A stretch of 64,000 bases of DNA from Nitrospirota bacterium (GCA_040758355.1 JBFLWF010000001.1:160001-224000), one strand, 5' to 3'. Shown: positions 9,579-19,625, numbered from the stretch's first letter. Numbers and translations are program-made. Notes: generated by a model from the letters alone, not told the origin.

Positions 9579-9914
9579 ATGCCAACAATTGATTTTCAGG
9601 GAAAACAAATTGAGGTGGACGAGGACGGGTATCTTGTAAATCTTGATGACTGGCAGAAGGATCTCGGTATCCAGATGGCTAAGGGAGATGGCTTGGATCT
9701 TACCGAAGCCCACTGGGAGGTTATCAACTTCCTCAGAGATTACTATGCAAAGTACCAGATTGCTCCGATGATAAAGATCCTCGTGAAAGAGATCGCCAAG
9801 GTCATGGGCCCGGAGAAAGGTAACACAAAATACCTCTACGAACTCTTCCCGGACGGACCTGCAAAACAGGCATGTAGGTACGCAGGACTTCCAAAGCCGA
9901 CAGGTTGCGTATAG
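9579..9914 (+). CDS. dsrC: Sulfur carrier DsrC
   Basis: DEDGYL; C-terminal CRYAGLPKPTGCV with both cysteines; strong SD. Confidence 0.97.
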   Translation: MPTIDFQGKQIEVDEDGYLVNLDDWQKDLGIQMAKGDGLDLTEAHWEVINFLRDYYAKYQIAPMIKILVKEIAKVMGPEKGNTKYLYELFPDGPAKQACRYAGLPKPTGCV

Positions 9915-9927
9915 TTCCCAAAATAAT

Positions 9928-9979
9928 GTTTAAGGTTTGGTGCCCCTGTGATATTTCATTCGGGGTACCATCCTTGAAC
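9928..9979 (+). other. Stem-loop after dsrC
   Basis: gtttaaggtttggtgcccc ... ggggtaccatccttgaac. Confidence 0.55.
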
Positions 9980-10046
9980 CAAATAAAAACAGATATGCAA
10001 CCCAGATATGCAACAATTGAACAGTCCATTTGAACGGGGAGGAGGG

Positions 10047-10637
10047 GTGTCATCTTTACAGAGTATTAGGAGTCTGAATGAACTTCTGTCAGAAAAAAAG
10101 CAGGCCATCTTAGAAAAATGGTTTGACTCGGTATTAGAGACGTATCCTCACGACACTGCTAAATTCCTCAAGAGACAAAAAGACCAATTTGCCAACCCGG
10201 TAGGGAGCACCATTTACAAAGGGATGGGTTCTCTTCTCGATTTGATTGTAAACAGCGCCGATGCAGATAACATAACAAAATCCCTTGACGAGATTATAAG
10301 GATAAGGGCGATTCAGGATTTTACACCTTCACATGCCCTTGCCTTTGTTGTCGAGCTCAAGAGGATCGTCAGGGAAGAAATAAAAGGCGAGACCTGCGCA
10401 TCGCAATTAATCGATGAATTGCCGGAATTTGATCGCAGGGTAGATAGTCTTTTACTGCTGTCCTTCGACATATATATGAAATGCAGGGAAAAGATTTACG
10501 AGCTTAAGGCCAATGAACTCAGGAACATGACGTCCAAGCTCGTGGAAAGGGCAAACCGTATATTCGAGGCAAAGTATCGCAACGTTGACCTTGAAGATAT
10601 AATTTCACAAGGCAATAAAACAGAAAGAGGTGAGTAG
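10047..10637 (+). CDS. dsrT: DsrT (RsbRD N-terminal domain); GTG start preferred, ORF open from 10008
   Basis: KDQFANPVG, IIRIRAIQDFTPSHA, FDIYMKCREKIY; directly upstream of dsrM. Confidence 0.9.
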   Translation: MSSLQSIRSLNELLSEKKQAILEKWFDSVLETYPHDTAKFLKRQKDQFANPVGSTIYKGMGSLLDLIVNSADADNITKSLDEIIRIRAIQDFTPSHALAFVVELKRIVREEIKGETCASQLIDELPEFDRRVDSLLLLSFDIYMKCREKIYELKANELRNMTSKLVERANRIFEAKYRNVDLEDIISQGNKTERGE

Positions 10638-11630
10638 ATGAAGATCTTGTTTCCATTTTTCGCAGTAATATCGCTTGTCCTGCTTGCCGTAGTCGGTGTA
10701 AAGGGAGCCAATCTGCACTTCCTTTTCGGAGTTGTTGTTCCCTATGCCGCTGTTTTTACTTTTATCATAGGGGTTATATATCGCGTTTTAAAATGGGCTA
10801 AGTCGCCCGTGCCGTTCTCCATAGCAACCACATGCGGACAGCAAAAGACCCTTCCGTGGATCAAACAGAACAAGCTCGAAAACCCTTCGAGCACATTGCA
10901 TGTTATAGGCAGGATGGCATTGGAGGTGCTTCTTTTCAGGTCGCTGTTCAGGAACATTAAGGGGGAACTGAAAGACAGTTCACGGCTTATTTACGGTTCC
11001 GACAAGTGGTTATGGCTTGCAGGCATTGCATTCCATTATTCTTTCTTGATCGTTTTGCTGAGACATATAAGACTATTTGCCGAGCCCGCACCTTTTTATC
11101 TCCATCTCTTTGAGACCTTTGACGGCTTTTTGCAGATAGGCATTCCGAGGCTTTTCATGACAGGTGTAATACTGCTTGCAGCCGTAACATTCCTCTTTAT
11201 CAGAAGGCTCTATATCCCGCAGGTGCGCTACATCTCCCTTGCAGCAGATTATTTCCCCCTCTTCCTGATAATCGGAATTGCTACGACAGGAATACTGATG
11301 AGGTATTTCTTGAAAACCGATATAGTAGGAGTGAAAGAACTCACTATGGGATTGGTGAGCCTTAGTCCTGTTATCCCGGAAGGGGTCGGTGCGGTATTCT
11401 ATGTCCACCTGCTGCTTGTGAGCATGTTGTTCGCATATTTTCCGTTCAGCAAGCTGATGCATATGGGCGGAGTCTTCCTCAGCCCCACAAGGAACCTCAC
11501 CGGCAACAGCCGTGAATACAGGCGCATCAATCCATGGAACTACCCTGTTGAGGTACACACCTACGAGGAATACGAGGAAGAATTCAGGGATAAAATGAAA
11601 ATGGCTGAAATACCTGTGGAAAAGGAGTAA
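10638..11630 (+). CDS. dsrM: DsrM, membrane cytochrome b
   Basis: TTCGQQKTLPW, FHYS..RHIR, YFPFSKLMH. Confidence 0.95.
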   Translation: MKILFPFFAVISLVLLAVVGVKGANLHFLFGVVVPYAAVFTFIIGVIYRVLKWAKSPVPFSIATTCGQQKTLPWIKQNKLENPSSTLHVIGRMALEVLLFRSLFRNIKGELKDSSRLIYGSDKWLWLAGIAFHYSFLIVLLRHIRLFAEPAPFYLHLFETFDGFLQIGIPRLFMTGVILLAAVTFLFIRRLYIPQVRYISLAADYFPLFLIIGIATTGILMRYFLKTDIVGVKELTMGLVSLSPVIPEGVGAVFYVHLLLVSMLFAYFPFSKLMHMGGVFLSPTRNLTGNSREYRRINPWNYPVEVHTYEEYEEEFRDKMKMAEIPVEKE

Positions 11631-11632
11631 AT

Positions 11633-13243
11633 ATGGCAAAGTTTACCGCAAAACCTGCTGAACTGTTAAAAATTGACTTTAAAACACCAAAGACGGATTG
11701 GATGGATACCCCAGTTGAAATCAGGGAGCATATGTACTGTCATCCCTCAAAGGCAAAGGATCTCGAGACTGTCGGCTTTCCGAATATCCACGAATGGAGA
11801 CCGGTCGATGAGAATTGGAACCTTCCTGAAAACTGGAAAGAGACAGTCATAAACGGCATAAAGGAAAGGCTCCAGAAATACCGCTCATTCCATGTCTTTA
11901 TGGATATCTGCGTGAGATGCGGCGCATGTGCCGATAAGTGCCATTTCTATCTCGGCACCGGCGATCCCAAAAATATGCCTGTTTTGAGGGCAGAGCTCCT
12001 GAGGTCGGTGTACAGGAAATATTTCACCACCGGAGGAAAAATATTCGGAAAGACAGCCGGAGCGAGGGAGCTGACAGAGGATGTATTGAAAGAACTCTGG
12101 TATTACTACTACCAGTGCACTGAATGCCGCCGCTGTTCCGTATTCTGTCCTTATGGCATCGACCAGGCAGAAATTACCATGATAGGCAGGGAGCTCACCA
12201 ATCTCCTCGGCTTACAGTTAGGCTGGATTGCAGGGCCTGTCGCAAACTGCTACATGAAAGGCAACCACCTCGGTCTTGAGCCCCATACCATCAAGAGCAA
12301 TATCGAAATGATGCTCGATGATATTGAGACCATAACAGGCGTAAGGATTAACCCTACATTTAACAGAAAGGGCGCAGAAATCCTGTTTGTTACACCTTCA
12401 GGCGACCTGTTTGCTATGCCGGGCATTTATACCGCTATGGGATACCTTATGCTCTTTCACGAACTCGGACTCGACTATACATGGAGTACATATGCATCGG
12501 AAGGCGGAAACTTCGGCTTTTTCACATCAAACGAGATGGCGAAAAGGCTCAATTCCAAGATTTACGCCGAGGCCAAGAGATTAGGCGTAAAGTGGATACT
12601 CGGCGGCGAGTGCGGCCATATGTGGAGGGTGCTGCACCAGTATATGGATACATGGAACGGTCCTGCAGATTTCCTCGAAGTGCCCAAGTCTCCAATAACT
12701 GGAACTGTATTTGAGAATGCAAAGTCATTAAAGATGACTCATGTCATAGAGTTTGCAGCGGACCTGATAAAACACGGCAAGCTTAAGATCGATCCGAGCA
12801 GGAACGACCATCTTAAGGTGACCTTCCATGACTCCTGCAATGTTTCCCGCGGTATGGGAATGTTCGAGGAGCCGAGGTATGTCATCAAAAATATTTGCAA
12901 CCATTTCTATGAAATGCCGGAAAATACTATCAGGGAAAAGACCTTCTGCTGCGGAAGCGGCACCGGCCTGAATGCCTCTGAAAATATGGAATTAAGGATG
13001 AGGGGGGGATTGCCGAGGGCAAATGCGGTTAAATATGTTCGCGATCAGCACGGCGTAAACATGCTCGCAAATATTTGCGCTATTGACAGGGCGACCCTTT
13101 CTGCATCAATGGATTACTGGGTGCCTGGTACGGCTGTTGCCGGAATCCATGAACTCATTGGCAATGCACTGGTGATGAAGGGAGAAAAGGAGAGGACCAC
13201 CGACTTGCGCGGTGAACCACTTCCTGGAAAGGAGGGCGCTTAA
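11633..13243 (+). CDS. dsrK: DsrK, FeS/CCG subunit
   Basis: CVRCGACADKCH, CTECRRCSVFCPYGID, GECGH, FHDSCN, FCCGSG. Confidence 0.96.
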   Translation: MAKFTAKPAELLKIDFKTPKTDWMDTPVEIREHMYCHPSKAKDLETVGFPNIHEWRPVDENWNLPENWKETVINGIKERLQKYRSFHVFMDICVRCGACADKCHFYLGTGDPKNMPVLRAELLRSVYRKYFTTGGKIFGKTAGARELTEDVLKELWYYYYQCTECRRCSVFCPYGIDQAEITMIGRELTNLLGLQLGWIAGPVANCYMKGNHLGLEPHTIKSNIEMMLDDIETITGVRINPTFNRKGAEILFVTPSGDLFAMPGIYTAMGYLMLFHELGLDYTWSTYASEGGNFGFFTSNEMAKRLNSKIYAEAKRLGVKWILGGECGHMWRVLHQYMDTWNGPADFLEVPKSPITGTVFENAKSLKMTHVIEFAADLIKHGKLKIDPSRNDHLKVTFHDSCNVSRGMGMFEEPRYVIKNICNHFYEMPENTIREKTFCCGSGTGLNASENMELRMRGGLPRANAVKYVRDQHGVNMLANICAIDRATLSASMDYWVPGTAVAGIHELIGNALVMKGEKERTTDLRGEPLPGKEGA

Positions 13244-13244
13244 C

Positions 13245-13643
13245 ATGTATAATGGCGGGAAAATTTTAATAGGGATAATCATCTTTGTGCTTTTTGCAAC
13301 ATTCCCCTTTTACAATAATGCAGGCAAGGTCAGCGCAAAACCCGAGCCTAAACTGGATACCCCTGTTATTCAGCAATTGGCTGAAAAGAAGTGCGTGGAG
13401 CCAAAGGAATTTATGAAGGCAGAACATATGCAGTTGTTGGATGACTGGAGGGATTCTGCCATCCGGGAAGGCAAGAGGGTATATATAAACTCAGAGGGCA
13501 AGGAGTTCAGGATAAGTCTTCAGAATACATGTATGAACTGCCATTCCAACAAGAAGGAGTTTTGCGATAAGTGCCACAACTATGCAGCAGTAAAACCTTA
13601 CTGCTGGACCTGTCATATCGAGCCAAAGGAGAAACAGTTATGA
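13245..13643 (+). CDS. dsrJ: DsrJ, triheme cytochrome c
   Basis: HMQLLDDWRD, CMNCH, CDKCH, CWTCH. Confidence 0.95.
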   Translation: MYNGGKILIGIIIFVLFATFPFYNNAGKVSAKPEPKLDTPVIQQLAEKKCVEPKEFMKAEHMQLLDDWRDSAIREGKRVYINSEGKEFRISLQNTCMNCHSNKKEFCDKCHNYAAVKPYCWTCHIEPKEKQL

Positions 13644-14455
13644 GCATGGATAGAAGACAATTCTTAAAAATAGCTGGACTTTCGACAATTGGAATAGGTG
13701 CAGGGTGGATACTCAGCAGGCCCGGAGAGTTCCTTGAGGCCTCCCAATTCTTACAGACAAAGGAACTCCTGAAGGCAAAGCAGTGGGCAATGGTTGTTGA
13801 TATGAGGAAGTTCAAGACAGAGGAAGACTACAAAAAGGTCATCGATGCATGCCATAAAATTCATAATGTCCCGGATTTCGGCAACCCGAAGGACGAGATC
13901 AAGTGGATATGGTCAGATACCTTTGAGCATGCATTCCCCGGGCAGGAAAGCGAGTTTATGCCCGAGCAAATGAAGCACAAGCCCTTTGTTCTCCTCTGCA
14001 ACCACTGTGAAAACCCTCCATGCGTAAGGGTTTGCCCCACAAAGGCCACATTCAAGAGAAAAGACGGCATCACAATGCAGGATCTCCACAGATGCATCGG
14101 ATGCAGATACTGCATGGCAGCCTGTCCCTTTGGAGCAAGGAGCTTCAATTACAGGGATCCAAAACCGGCCATTAAAGAGCCGAATCCCGAATATCCCACA
14201 AGGATGATAGGTGTCGTGGAGAAGTGCACATTCTGCGAAGAGAGGCTCGCTAAAGGCCAGATGCCTGCATGCGTGGAGGCATCCAACGGTGCATTGGCCT
14301 TCGGAGATATTTCAGACCCAAATTCCGAGGTCAGGAAAATCCTAAATGCCAATTATACCATCAGGAGAAAGGCCGAACTCGGAACGCGCCCAAGTGTTTA
14401 TTACATATTAGACATACCAACTTCAGTTGTATCGGGAGGTGAAAGCAATGCTTGA
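13640..14455 (+). CDS. dsrO: DsrO, Tat-exported FeS protein
   Basis: DRRQFLK twin-arginine signal; CNHCENPPCVRVCP; CIGCRYCMAACP. Confidence 0.95.
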   Translation: MSMDRRQFLKIAGLSTIGIGAGWILSRPGEFLEASQFLQTKELLKAKQWAMVVDMRKFKTEEDYKKVIDACHKIHNVPDFGNPKDEIKWIWSDTFEHAFPGQESEFMPEQMKHKPFVLLCNHCENPPCVRVCPTKATFKRKDGITMQDLHRCIGCRYCMAACPFGARSFNYRDPKPAIKEPNPEYPTRMIGVVEKCTFCEERLAKGQMPACVEASNGALAFGDISDPNSEVRKILNANYTIRRKAELGTRPSVYYILDIPTSVVSGGESNA

Positions 14456-15620
14456 GAAGGCGTTAGTCGGAAGTAAAAGATATTGGACATGGATATTCTT
14501 CTTGCTCGGCGTTGTGGGCATAGGCTTTATCACATATCTTCAGCAGTTTAAATTGGGTTTGGGAATAACAGGACTGAGCAGGGATGTTTCATGGGGACTG
14601 TACATAGGGCAGTTCACATTCCTCGTCGGTGTGGCTGCTTCTGCAGTTATGCTTGTTATCCCTTATTACCTGCACGACTTCAAGAAATTCAGCAAGATCG
14701 TTATCCTTGGAGAGTTTCTTGCTGTCTCTGCGGTGACAATGTGTATCCTCTTTATATTTGTTGACATGGGACAGCCGATGAGGATAATGAACGTCATGCT
14801 CCATCCTACTCCCAACTCCGTAATGTTCTGGGACAGCGTTGTATTGGGCGGATATTTAGGTTTAAATATAATAATAGGCTGGGCAACACTGCATGCTGAT
14901 AAAAAGGGGACAATGCCTGCTGCGTGGGTAAAGCCCCTCATATATCTCTCCATACCATGGGCTGTCAGCATTCATACCGTCACTGCTTTCCTGTATGCAG
15001 GACTTCCCGGAAGGCATTTCTGGCTGAGCGCAATCATGGCTGCCCGATTCCTGGCATCGGCATTTGCAGGAGGTCCGGCACTTCTCATAATCCTCGCATT
15101 GATTGTCAGGAAGTTCACGAAGTTCGATCCCGGCAAGGAGGCGATTCAGGCCATAGGCAAGATCGTCACATATGCGATGATTGCAAACGTGTTTTTCCTA
15201 TTGCTCGAAATCTTTACTGCTGCCTACAGCACCATACCGGGGCATACACATCCTTTCAAATATCTGTATTTCGGTCTTGAAGGGCATGCAAGGCTTGTCC
15301 CTCTGATGTGGACATCATCCATCCTTGCAATAGTATCCCTTGTGCTTCTCATATTCCCGGCCATAAGGAGGAATGAGAGCATGCTGGCACTTGCATGCAT
15401 ATCATTATTCGTATCCTTATGGATAGACAAAGGATTCGGTCTGATCATCGGCGGCTTTGTGCCCAACATGTTCGAAAAGGTCACAGAATACTGGCCAACA
15501 CTGCCGGAGACCATAATTACCATCAGTGTGTGGGCAGTCGGCTTTCTGGTTCTTACCATACTCTATAAGGTGGCTGTTTCTGTCAGGGAAGAGACAGCGG
15601 GAGTTGAGCTGGAGCACTGA
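14448..15620 (+). CDS. dsrP: DsrP, NrfD-family membrane protein
   Basis: TGLSRDVSWGLYI, SIHTVTAFLY, ARFLASAF. Confidence 0.95.
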   Translation: MLEKALVGSKRYWTWIFFLLGVVGIGFITYLQQFKLGLGITGLSRDVSWGLYIGQFTFLVGVAASAVMLVIPYYLHDFKKFSKIVILGEFLAVSAVTMCILFIFVDMGQPMRIMNVMLHPTPNSVMFWDSVVLGGYLGLNIIIGWATLHADKKGTMPAAWVKPLIYLSIPWAVSIHTVTAFLYAGLPGRHFWLSAIMAARFLASAFAGGPALLIILALIVRKFTKFDPGKEAIQAIGKIVTYAMIANVFFLLLEIFTAAYSTIPGHTHPFKYLYFGLEGHARLVPLMWTSSILAIVSLVLLIFPAIRRNESMLALACISLFVSLWIDKGFGLIIGGFVPNMFEKVTEYWPTLPETIITISVWAVGFLVLTILYKVAVSVREETAGVELEH

Positions 15621-15694
15621 TAAGGCAGAAAATATTGGACATTTTTTGGTTAAATTTTTTAGATTATAAGGATTATTTTACAGGAGGTGATTAA

Positions 15695-15880
15695 ATGTAT
15701 CTCGTAGCAGTTGATGCCGCAAAGTGCGAAGGATGCGAGGAGTGCGTCAATAACTGTCCACAGGCTGTATTCAGGATGATGGATGGAAAGTCCGACCCTT
15801 ATCAGTCATCCGAATGTGTTTTCTGCGAGACATGCTTGCAGGTATGTGCACCTGGTGCAATTACCATAACCGAGATGTAA
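15695..15880 (+). CDS. 2[4Fe-4S] ferredoxin
   Basis: CEGCEECVNNCP and CVFCETCLQVC; strong SD ggaggtg. Confidence 0.92.
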   Translation: MYLVAVDAAKCEGCEECVNNCPQAVFRMMDGKSDPYQSSECVFCETCLQVCAPGAITITEM

Positions 15881-15889
15881 GAGAGCAAT

Positions 15890-15927
15890 AAAAAAGGGCG
15901 TCCCGAATATTCGGGACGCCCTTTTTT
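15890..15927. terminator. Bidirectional intrinsic terminator
   Basis: Perfect palindrome aaaaaagggcgtcccgaatattcgggacgcccttttt(t) between convergent genes. Confidence 0.9.
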
Positions 15928-15938
15928 ATTTTGCCTAA

Positions 15939-16187
15939 TTAGCTTTTCTTGACGTAAAGTTCCCAATAACCCTTGTCCTCAAGCTTTACGGATTCAAACT
16001 CATAGCCCTGCTTTTCAGCATACCTTGGAATCGAATCCTCAGCAGATGCAGGAGCGTCACATATTATCTTGAGAATTCCGCCGCTTGCCATTTTCTCCAG
16101 TGCTTTTTTGGTTAATACCAGGGGATAGGGACATACCCTACCCAATACATCCAATGTCTCTGCTGGTGTTTGATCTTTTAAAGCCAT
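15939..16187 (-). CDS. tusA: Sulfur carrier TusA family
   Basis: LDVLGRVCPYPLVLTKKAL (CPxP motif). Confidence 0.9.
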   Translation of the reverse strand: MALKDQTPAETLDVLGRVCPYPLVLTKKALEKMASGGILKIICDAPASAEDSIPRYAEKQGYEFESVKLEDKGYWELYVKKS

Positions 16188-16215
16188 TTTATCCTCCTTA
16201 ATATAGTTATATAGT

Positions 16216-16629
16216 TTAAAAGAATTGCAGATGGTTTACGGATTCCATTACCTTTGCAATCTCGCTGTATGGCACTATCCGGGCCTTTGTTTCTCCGCCG
16301 ATATCTTCAGCATCCATTATAAGCGCTTCTTCTTTTATGCCGAGTCTTTCTATATCTTCTTTACAAATCATGATATTCAGGTCGAGAAGGAGCCCGTTCT
16401 TTACATGCTGCTCAATGCTTGTGATGCCGTAATGCTTCATTGCCTGCTGGCTCTTAAGGCAGTTGAGTACTCCGTCTCCGATAAAGCAAAGTACCGGCTC
16501 AACATTGTCCCCGTCCTCTAAATATATCTCCACGGTCTGGCTTGCTATCGCGTGTGTGAGTGCAAGCCTTGATGCCTCAGTTTTATAGGGAAGCGACCTT
16601 ACTATAAATGCGAGTTTTGTAATAGCCAT
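16216..16629 (-). CDS. DsrF/TusC-like protein (DsrE/F family)
   Basis: Starts MAITKLAFIVRSLPY after SD ggaggtg; FIGDGVL. Confidence 0.75.
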   Translation of the reverse strand: MAITKLAFIVRSLPYKTEASRLALTHAIASQTVEIYLEDGDNVEPVLCFIGDGVLNCLKSQQAMKHYGITSIEQHVKNGLLLDLNIMICKEDIERLGIKEEALIMDAEDIGGETKARIVPYSEIAKVMESVNHLQFF

Positions 16630-16630
16630 A

Positions 16631-16993
16631 TTAATCACCTCCCATGAGAAGCACTCTGTCTGCACTGAAGCAGCTTGCAAGATACCAGTCCATGCTGCGC
16701 CTTCCCCAGCCTTCCATTGTGTCATCCTTATGATAGCCCCTCGCCTCAGCACATGCCTCGCAGGCTACTGCCTTGAATTTGCCTGTTGCGAAGAGTTCCG
16801 TGAGTGTTTTTGCAAGGTGGGAGTAATCTTTAAATGCCTTTTGGCCCTTTTTTGAAAGCATTGTTGCATTGCTTGATACCCAAAAGTCTACCTCGTGTCC
16901 CTTTTTTACGGCTGCATCTGCCAGTTTCACCGAAAAGTCGAGGGATACGGAGCCGACCAGTGATGAAAAACAGCCTATAGTCAATTTGCCCAT
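16631..16993 (-). CDS. DsrE/TusD-like sulfurtransferase
   Basis: AAVKKGHEV, ACEACAEARG (putative active-site Cys region). Confidence 0.8.
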   Translation of the reverse strand: MGKLTIGCFSSLVGSVSLDFSVKLADAAVKKGHEVDFWVSSNATMLSKKGQKAFKDYSHLAKTLTELFATGKFKAVACEACAEARGYHKDDTMEGWGRRSMDWYLASCFSADRVLLMGGD

Positions 16994-17006
16994 AATTGCC
17001 TCCTTT

Positions 17007-17303
17007 CTATATCCATATTATTTTTTCATAGTCATTGAAAATAAGGTCAACCACATCGCTGTAAGTGACAGGCTTTACGCGGCTGTCCACATCGGCAGAA
17101 CCGAATCCCCTGCTTTCGAGGTCTTCTGACAGCACATAGAAATTTGCTGATTTGTCCAGCAGAGGTGAAGATTTTCCAGTTTCTTTTGTTGTTGCGTGAT
17201 AAATGCCGTTACCTACGAGGATGATGCCGAGTTTCTCTGCACTCAATCTGTCGAGGACATCGGAACCGCCTCTGAAATCGCTCATAAAAACGCCAAGCTT
17301 CAT
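17007..17303 (-). CDS. DsrH/TusB-like protein
   Basis: GNGIYHA, FYVLSEDLESRG, VTYSDVVDLI. Confidence 0.8.
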   Translation of the reverse strand: MKLGVFMSDFRGGSDVLDRLSAEKLGIILVGNGIYHATTKETGKSSPLLDKSANFYVLSEDLESRGFGSADVDSRVKPVTYSDVVDLIFNDYEKIIWI

Positions 17304-17455
17304 AGAAACACCTCCTGTTCATGGATTTTAGAGTCTGGCATGCAGACTATATTTACAAATAAAATGACAAGCAACTTTACAGGTATGACTTTATACCAGT
17401 TATAAGCTATACTTGTCAATAAAAAAATCTGCCAATTCAGCAATTAAAAAACTAT

Positions 17456-18319
17456 ATGACTTTTGAGACAGAATTTTATGCCGGACGCAGAAATATGCCC
17501 CTTGCAGTTTTTATCCACGGCATGGGAATGAATGCAAAAGTGTGGAGCAATCCGCATGATGCAAGGATTTTAGGCGGAAAGTATCCGTTAAGAGTCTTGC
17601 TCGGCGGGATTGATGAAATGAGGACATCGTTCATGGATTTGAGGGATATCGGATTTTCCGTTCTTTCATGGAAACAGAGGCGGCCTGCAGGCCCGATGAA
17701 TACGGCGGTTGCAGAACTTAAAGATCTGATTTATGAATATAGAAATCACATTAGAGACGGCATAATCCTTGTAGGCCACAGCAGGGGAGGGCTGATTGCA
17801 AGGAAATACCTTGAAGAAAGGAATGAATTCATAAGGGGATTTATAACCATTGCAACGCCCCATCACGGCACAACAATGGCCAAATGGGCGGCCCATATTT
17901 CACCCATTGCCTCTTTATTAAATCAGCTCTTGGGAGAGCCGCACAAAAAGGACATAAGGTCAGTGCTTAAAAGGATACTCGGATTTCTCAGCAGCGAAGG
18001 ATTAAAGGAGCTTCTTCCCGATGCGAAATTTTATTCAGGGCTGAAAGATGTTAAGCATCAAGGTGTGCGCTATATATCAATAGGCGGAACAAGTCCTGAC
18101 ATTCTGAAAATAAATTCCATACCCATGTCAGACTTTATTATAAAAGCGATTCCTGAAAGGCTTATTCCTGAAGAACTGAGGGAAGGGTATGGAGACGGGC
18201 TTGTCTCAGCCTCAAGCTCTGTGCTTCCTTATGCAGATATGCATTATGACTTCCATGTAAATCATGTGCGAATCTTATTTGACAGGCAAGTCAGGGAATG
18301 CATTATTAATGCATTTTAG
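17456..18319 (+). CDS. Alpha/beta hydrolase (lipase/esterase-like)
   Basis: FIHGMG, GHSRGG nucleophile elbow, TPHHGT, GDGLV. Confidence 0.85.
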   Translation: MTFETEFYAGRRNMPLAVFIHGMGMNAKVWSNPHDARILGGKYPLRVLLGGIDEMRTSFMDLRDIGFSVLSWKQRRPAGPMNTAVAELKDLIYEYRNHIRDGIILVGHSRGGLIARKYLEERNEFIRGFITIATPHHGTTMAKWAAHISPIASLLNQLLGEPHKKDIRSVLKRILGFLSSEGLKELLPDAKFYSGLKDVKHQGVRYISIGGTSPDILKINSIPMSDFIIKAIPERLIPEELREGYGDGLVSASSSVLPYADMHYDFHVNHVRILFDRQVRECIINAF

Positions 18320-19617
18320 CACTTTCCTCCGTTTCTTATCTCATCATCAAACATACCCTTCAAAATCCTCGATGCGCAGAACTGTCCGCACATGGTGCAT
18401 GAGTCTTCGGCTGATGGCTGCCTTTCGCTTCTTATCCTCACTGCCTCATCCTTTGCGATTGCCAGATCAAACTGTTTATGCCAGTCGAGGTCTCTCCTTG
18501 CAATGGACATCTCCTTGTCCCTGTCTCGTTTCTTCAGCTTCACCATATCGCCGATGTATGCCGCAATCCTTGCTGTAATTACACCCTGCTTAACATCTTC
18601 AGGAAATGGCAGGCCTAAATGCTCGGCTGGAGTCACATAGCAGATGAAATCAGCGCCATAGGCAGATGAGAGCGCAGCACCGATGGCCGATGTTATGTGG
18701 TCGTATCCGGGTGCGATGTCTGTTGTTATCGGGCCTAACATGTAAAATGGCGATTCTCCGCTCATCTTTTTTTCGAGGAGCACATTTGCCTCTATTTCAT
18801 CGATGGGAATATGTCCGGGTCCTTCCACCATTGTCTGGCATCCCATGTTTCTTCCGATCTCTGCAAGCTCGCAGTTGATTATCAATTCCTGAATCTGCAC
18901 CCTGTCTGATGAATCATGTATTGCGCCTGCCCTGAATCCATTCCCGAGGCTCAATACAACATCATGCTTTTTTAGTATTTCAACAACCCTGTCGAATTTC
19001 TCATACAAAGGGTTTTCTTTATTATTGTGAAGCATCCATGCCGTGAGATACGAACCGCCCTTTGATACAAGTCCACCGTAGCGATAACCCTGCTTTTTCA
19101 GTCTTTCTATGGTCATGAGATTTATGCCGCAGTGGATTGCCATGAATGCTACTCCTTCTTCACACTGCATTTCCAGTACATCCCATAGCAGTTCCTCCGG
19201 CATATCTACAGCACTGCCGTATTTCTCTATGGCAATTGCAAATGCCTCATAAAGGGGGACAGTGCCTATCGGGAGATTTATAGCTTCCATAACAGCCCTT
19301 CTTATTCCACGAACATCGCCTCCTACGCTTAAATCCATGAGCGTATCAGCACCGTGCTGCTCTGCGACCTTTGCCTTTTCCACTTCCATGAGTATATCCG
19401 CAATGTCAGTGGATGAGCCGATGGATGCGTTTATCTTTGTCCTTAAACCCTTTCCTATGCCGACGATTTTACTTTTTCTGTTCTTATTGGCAGGGATTAC
19501 TATTTTCCCCGCTGCAACCCTTGACCTTACGGTTTCTACATCAACACCTTCTTCCAATGCTACTTTTTTTACCTCTTCTGTTGTTACTCCTCTTTTTGTC
19601 TTTTCAAGCTGTGTCAT
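18316..19617 (-). CDS. ThiC-family radical SAM enzyme, probably 5-hydroxybenzimidazole synthase BzaF
   Basis: TKINASIG, SKGGS, EGPGH, VTPAEHL, CTMCGQFC; last gene of the cobamide operon. Confidence 0.75.
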   Translation of the reverse strand: MTQLEKTKRGVTTEEVKKVALEEGVDVETVRSRVAAGKIVIPANKNRKSKIVGIGKGLRTKINASIGSSTDIADILMEVEKAKVAEQHGADTLMDLSVGGDVRGIRRAVMEAINLPIGTVPLYEAFAIAIEKYGSAVDMPEELLWDVLEMQCEEGVAFMAIHCGINLMTIERLKKQGYRYGGLVSKGGSYLTAWMLHNNKENPLYEKFDRVVEILKKHDVVLSLGNGFRAGAIHDSSDRVQIQELIINCELAEIGRNMGCQTMVEGPGHIPIDEIEANVLLEKKMSGESPFYMLGPITTDIAPGYDHITSAIGAALSSAYGADFICYVTPAEHLGLPFPEDVKQGVITARIAAYIGDMVKLKKRDRDKEMSIARRDLDWHKQFDLAIAKDEAVRIRSERQPSAEDSCTMCGQFCASRILKGMFDDEIRNGGKC

Positions 19618-19625
19618 TGCGCCTC

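Noticed and set aside
13640..14455. DsrO lacks the first FeS Cys set and the last Cys is Ser
   Set aside because: Coordinated loss of one cluster; three-cluster DsrO is known in sulfate reducers, so this is not decay.
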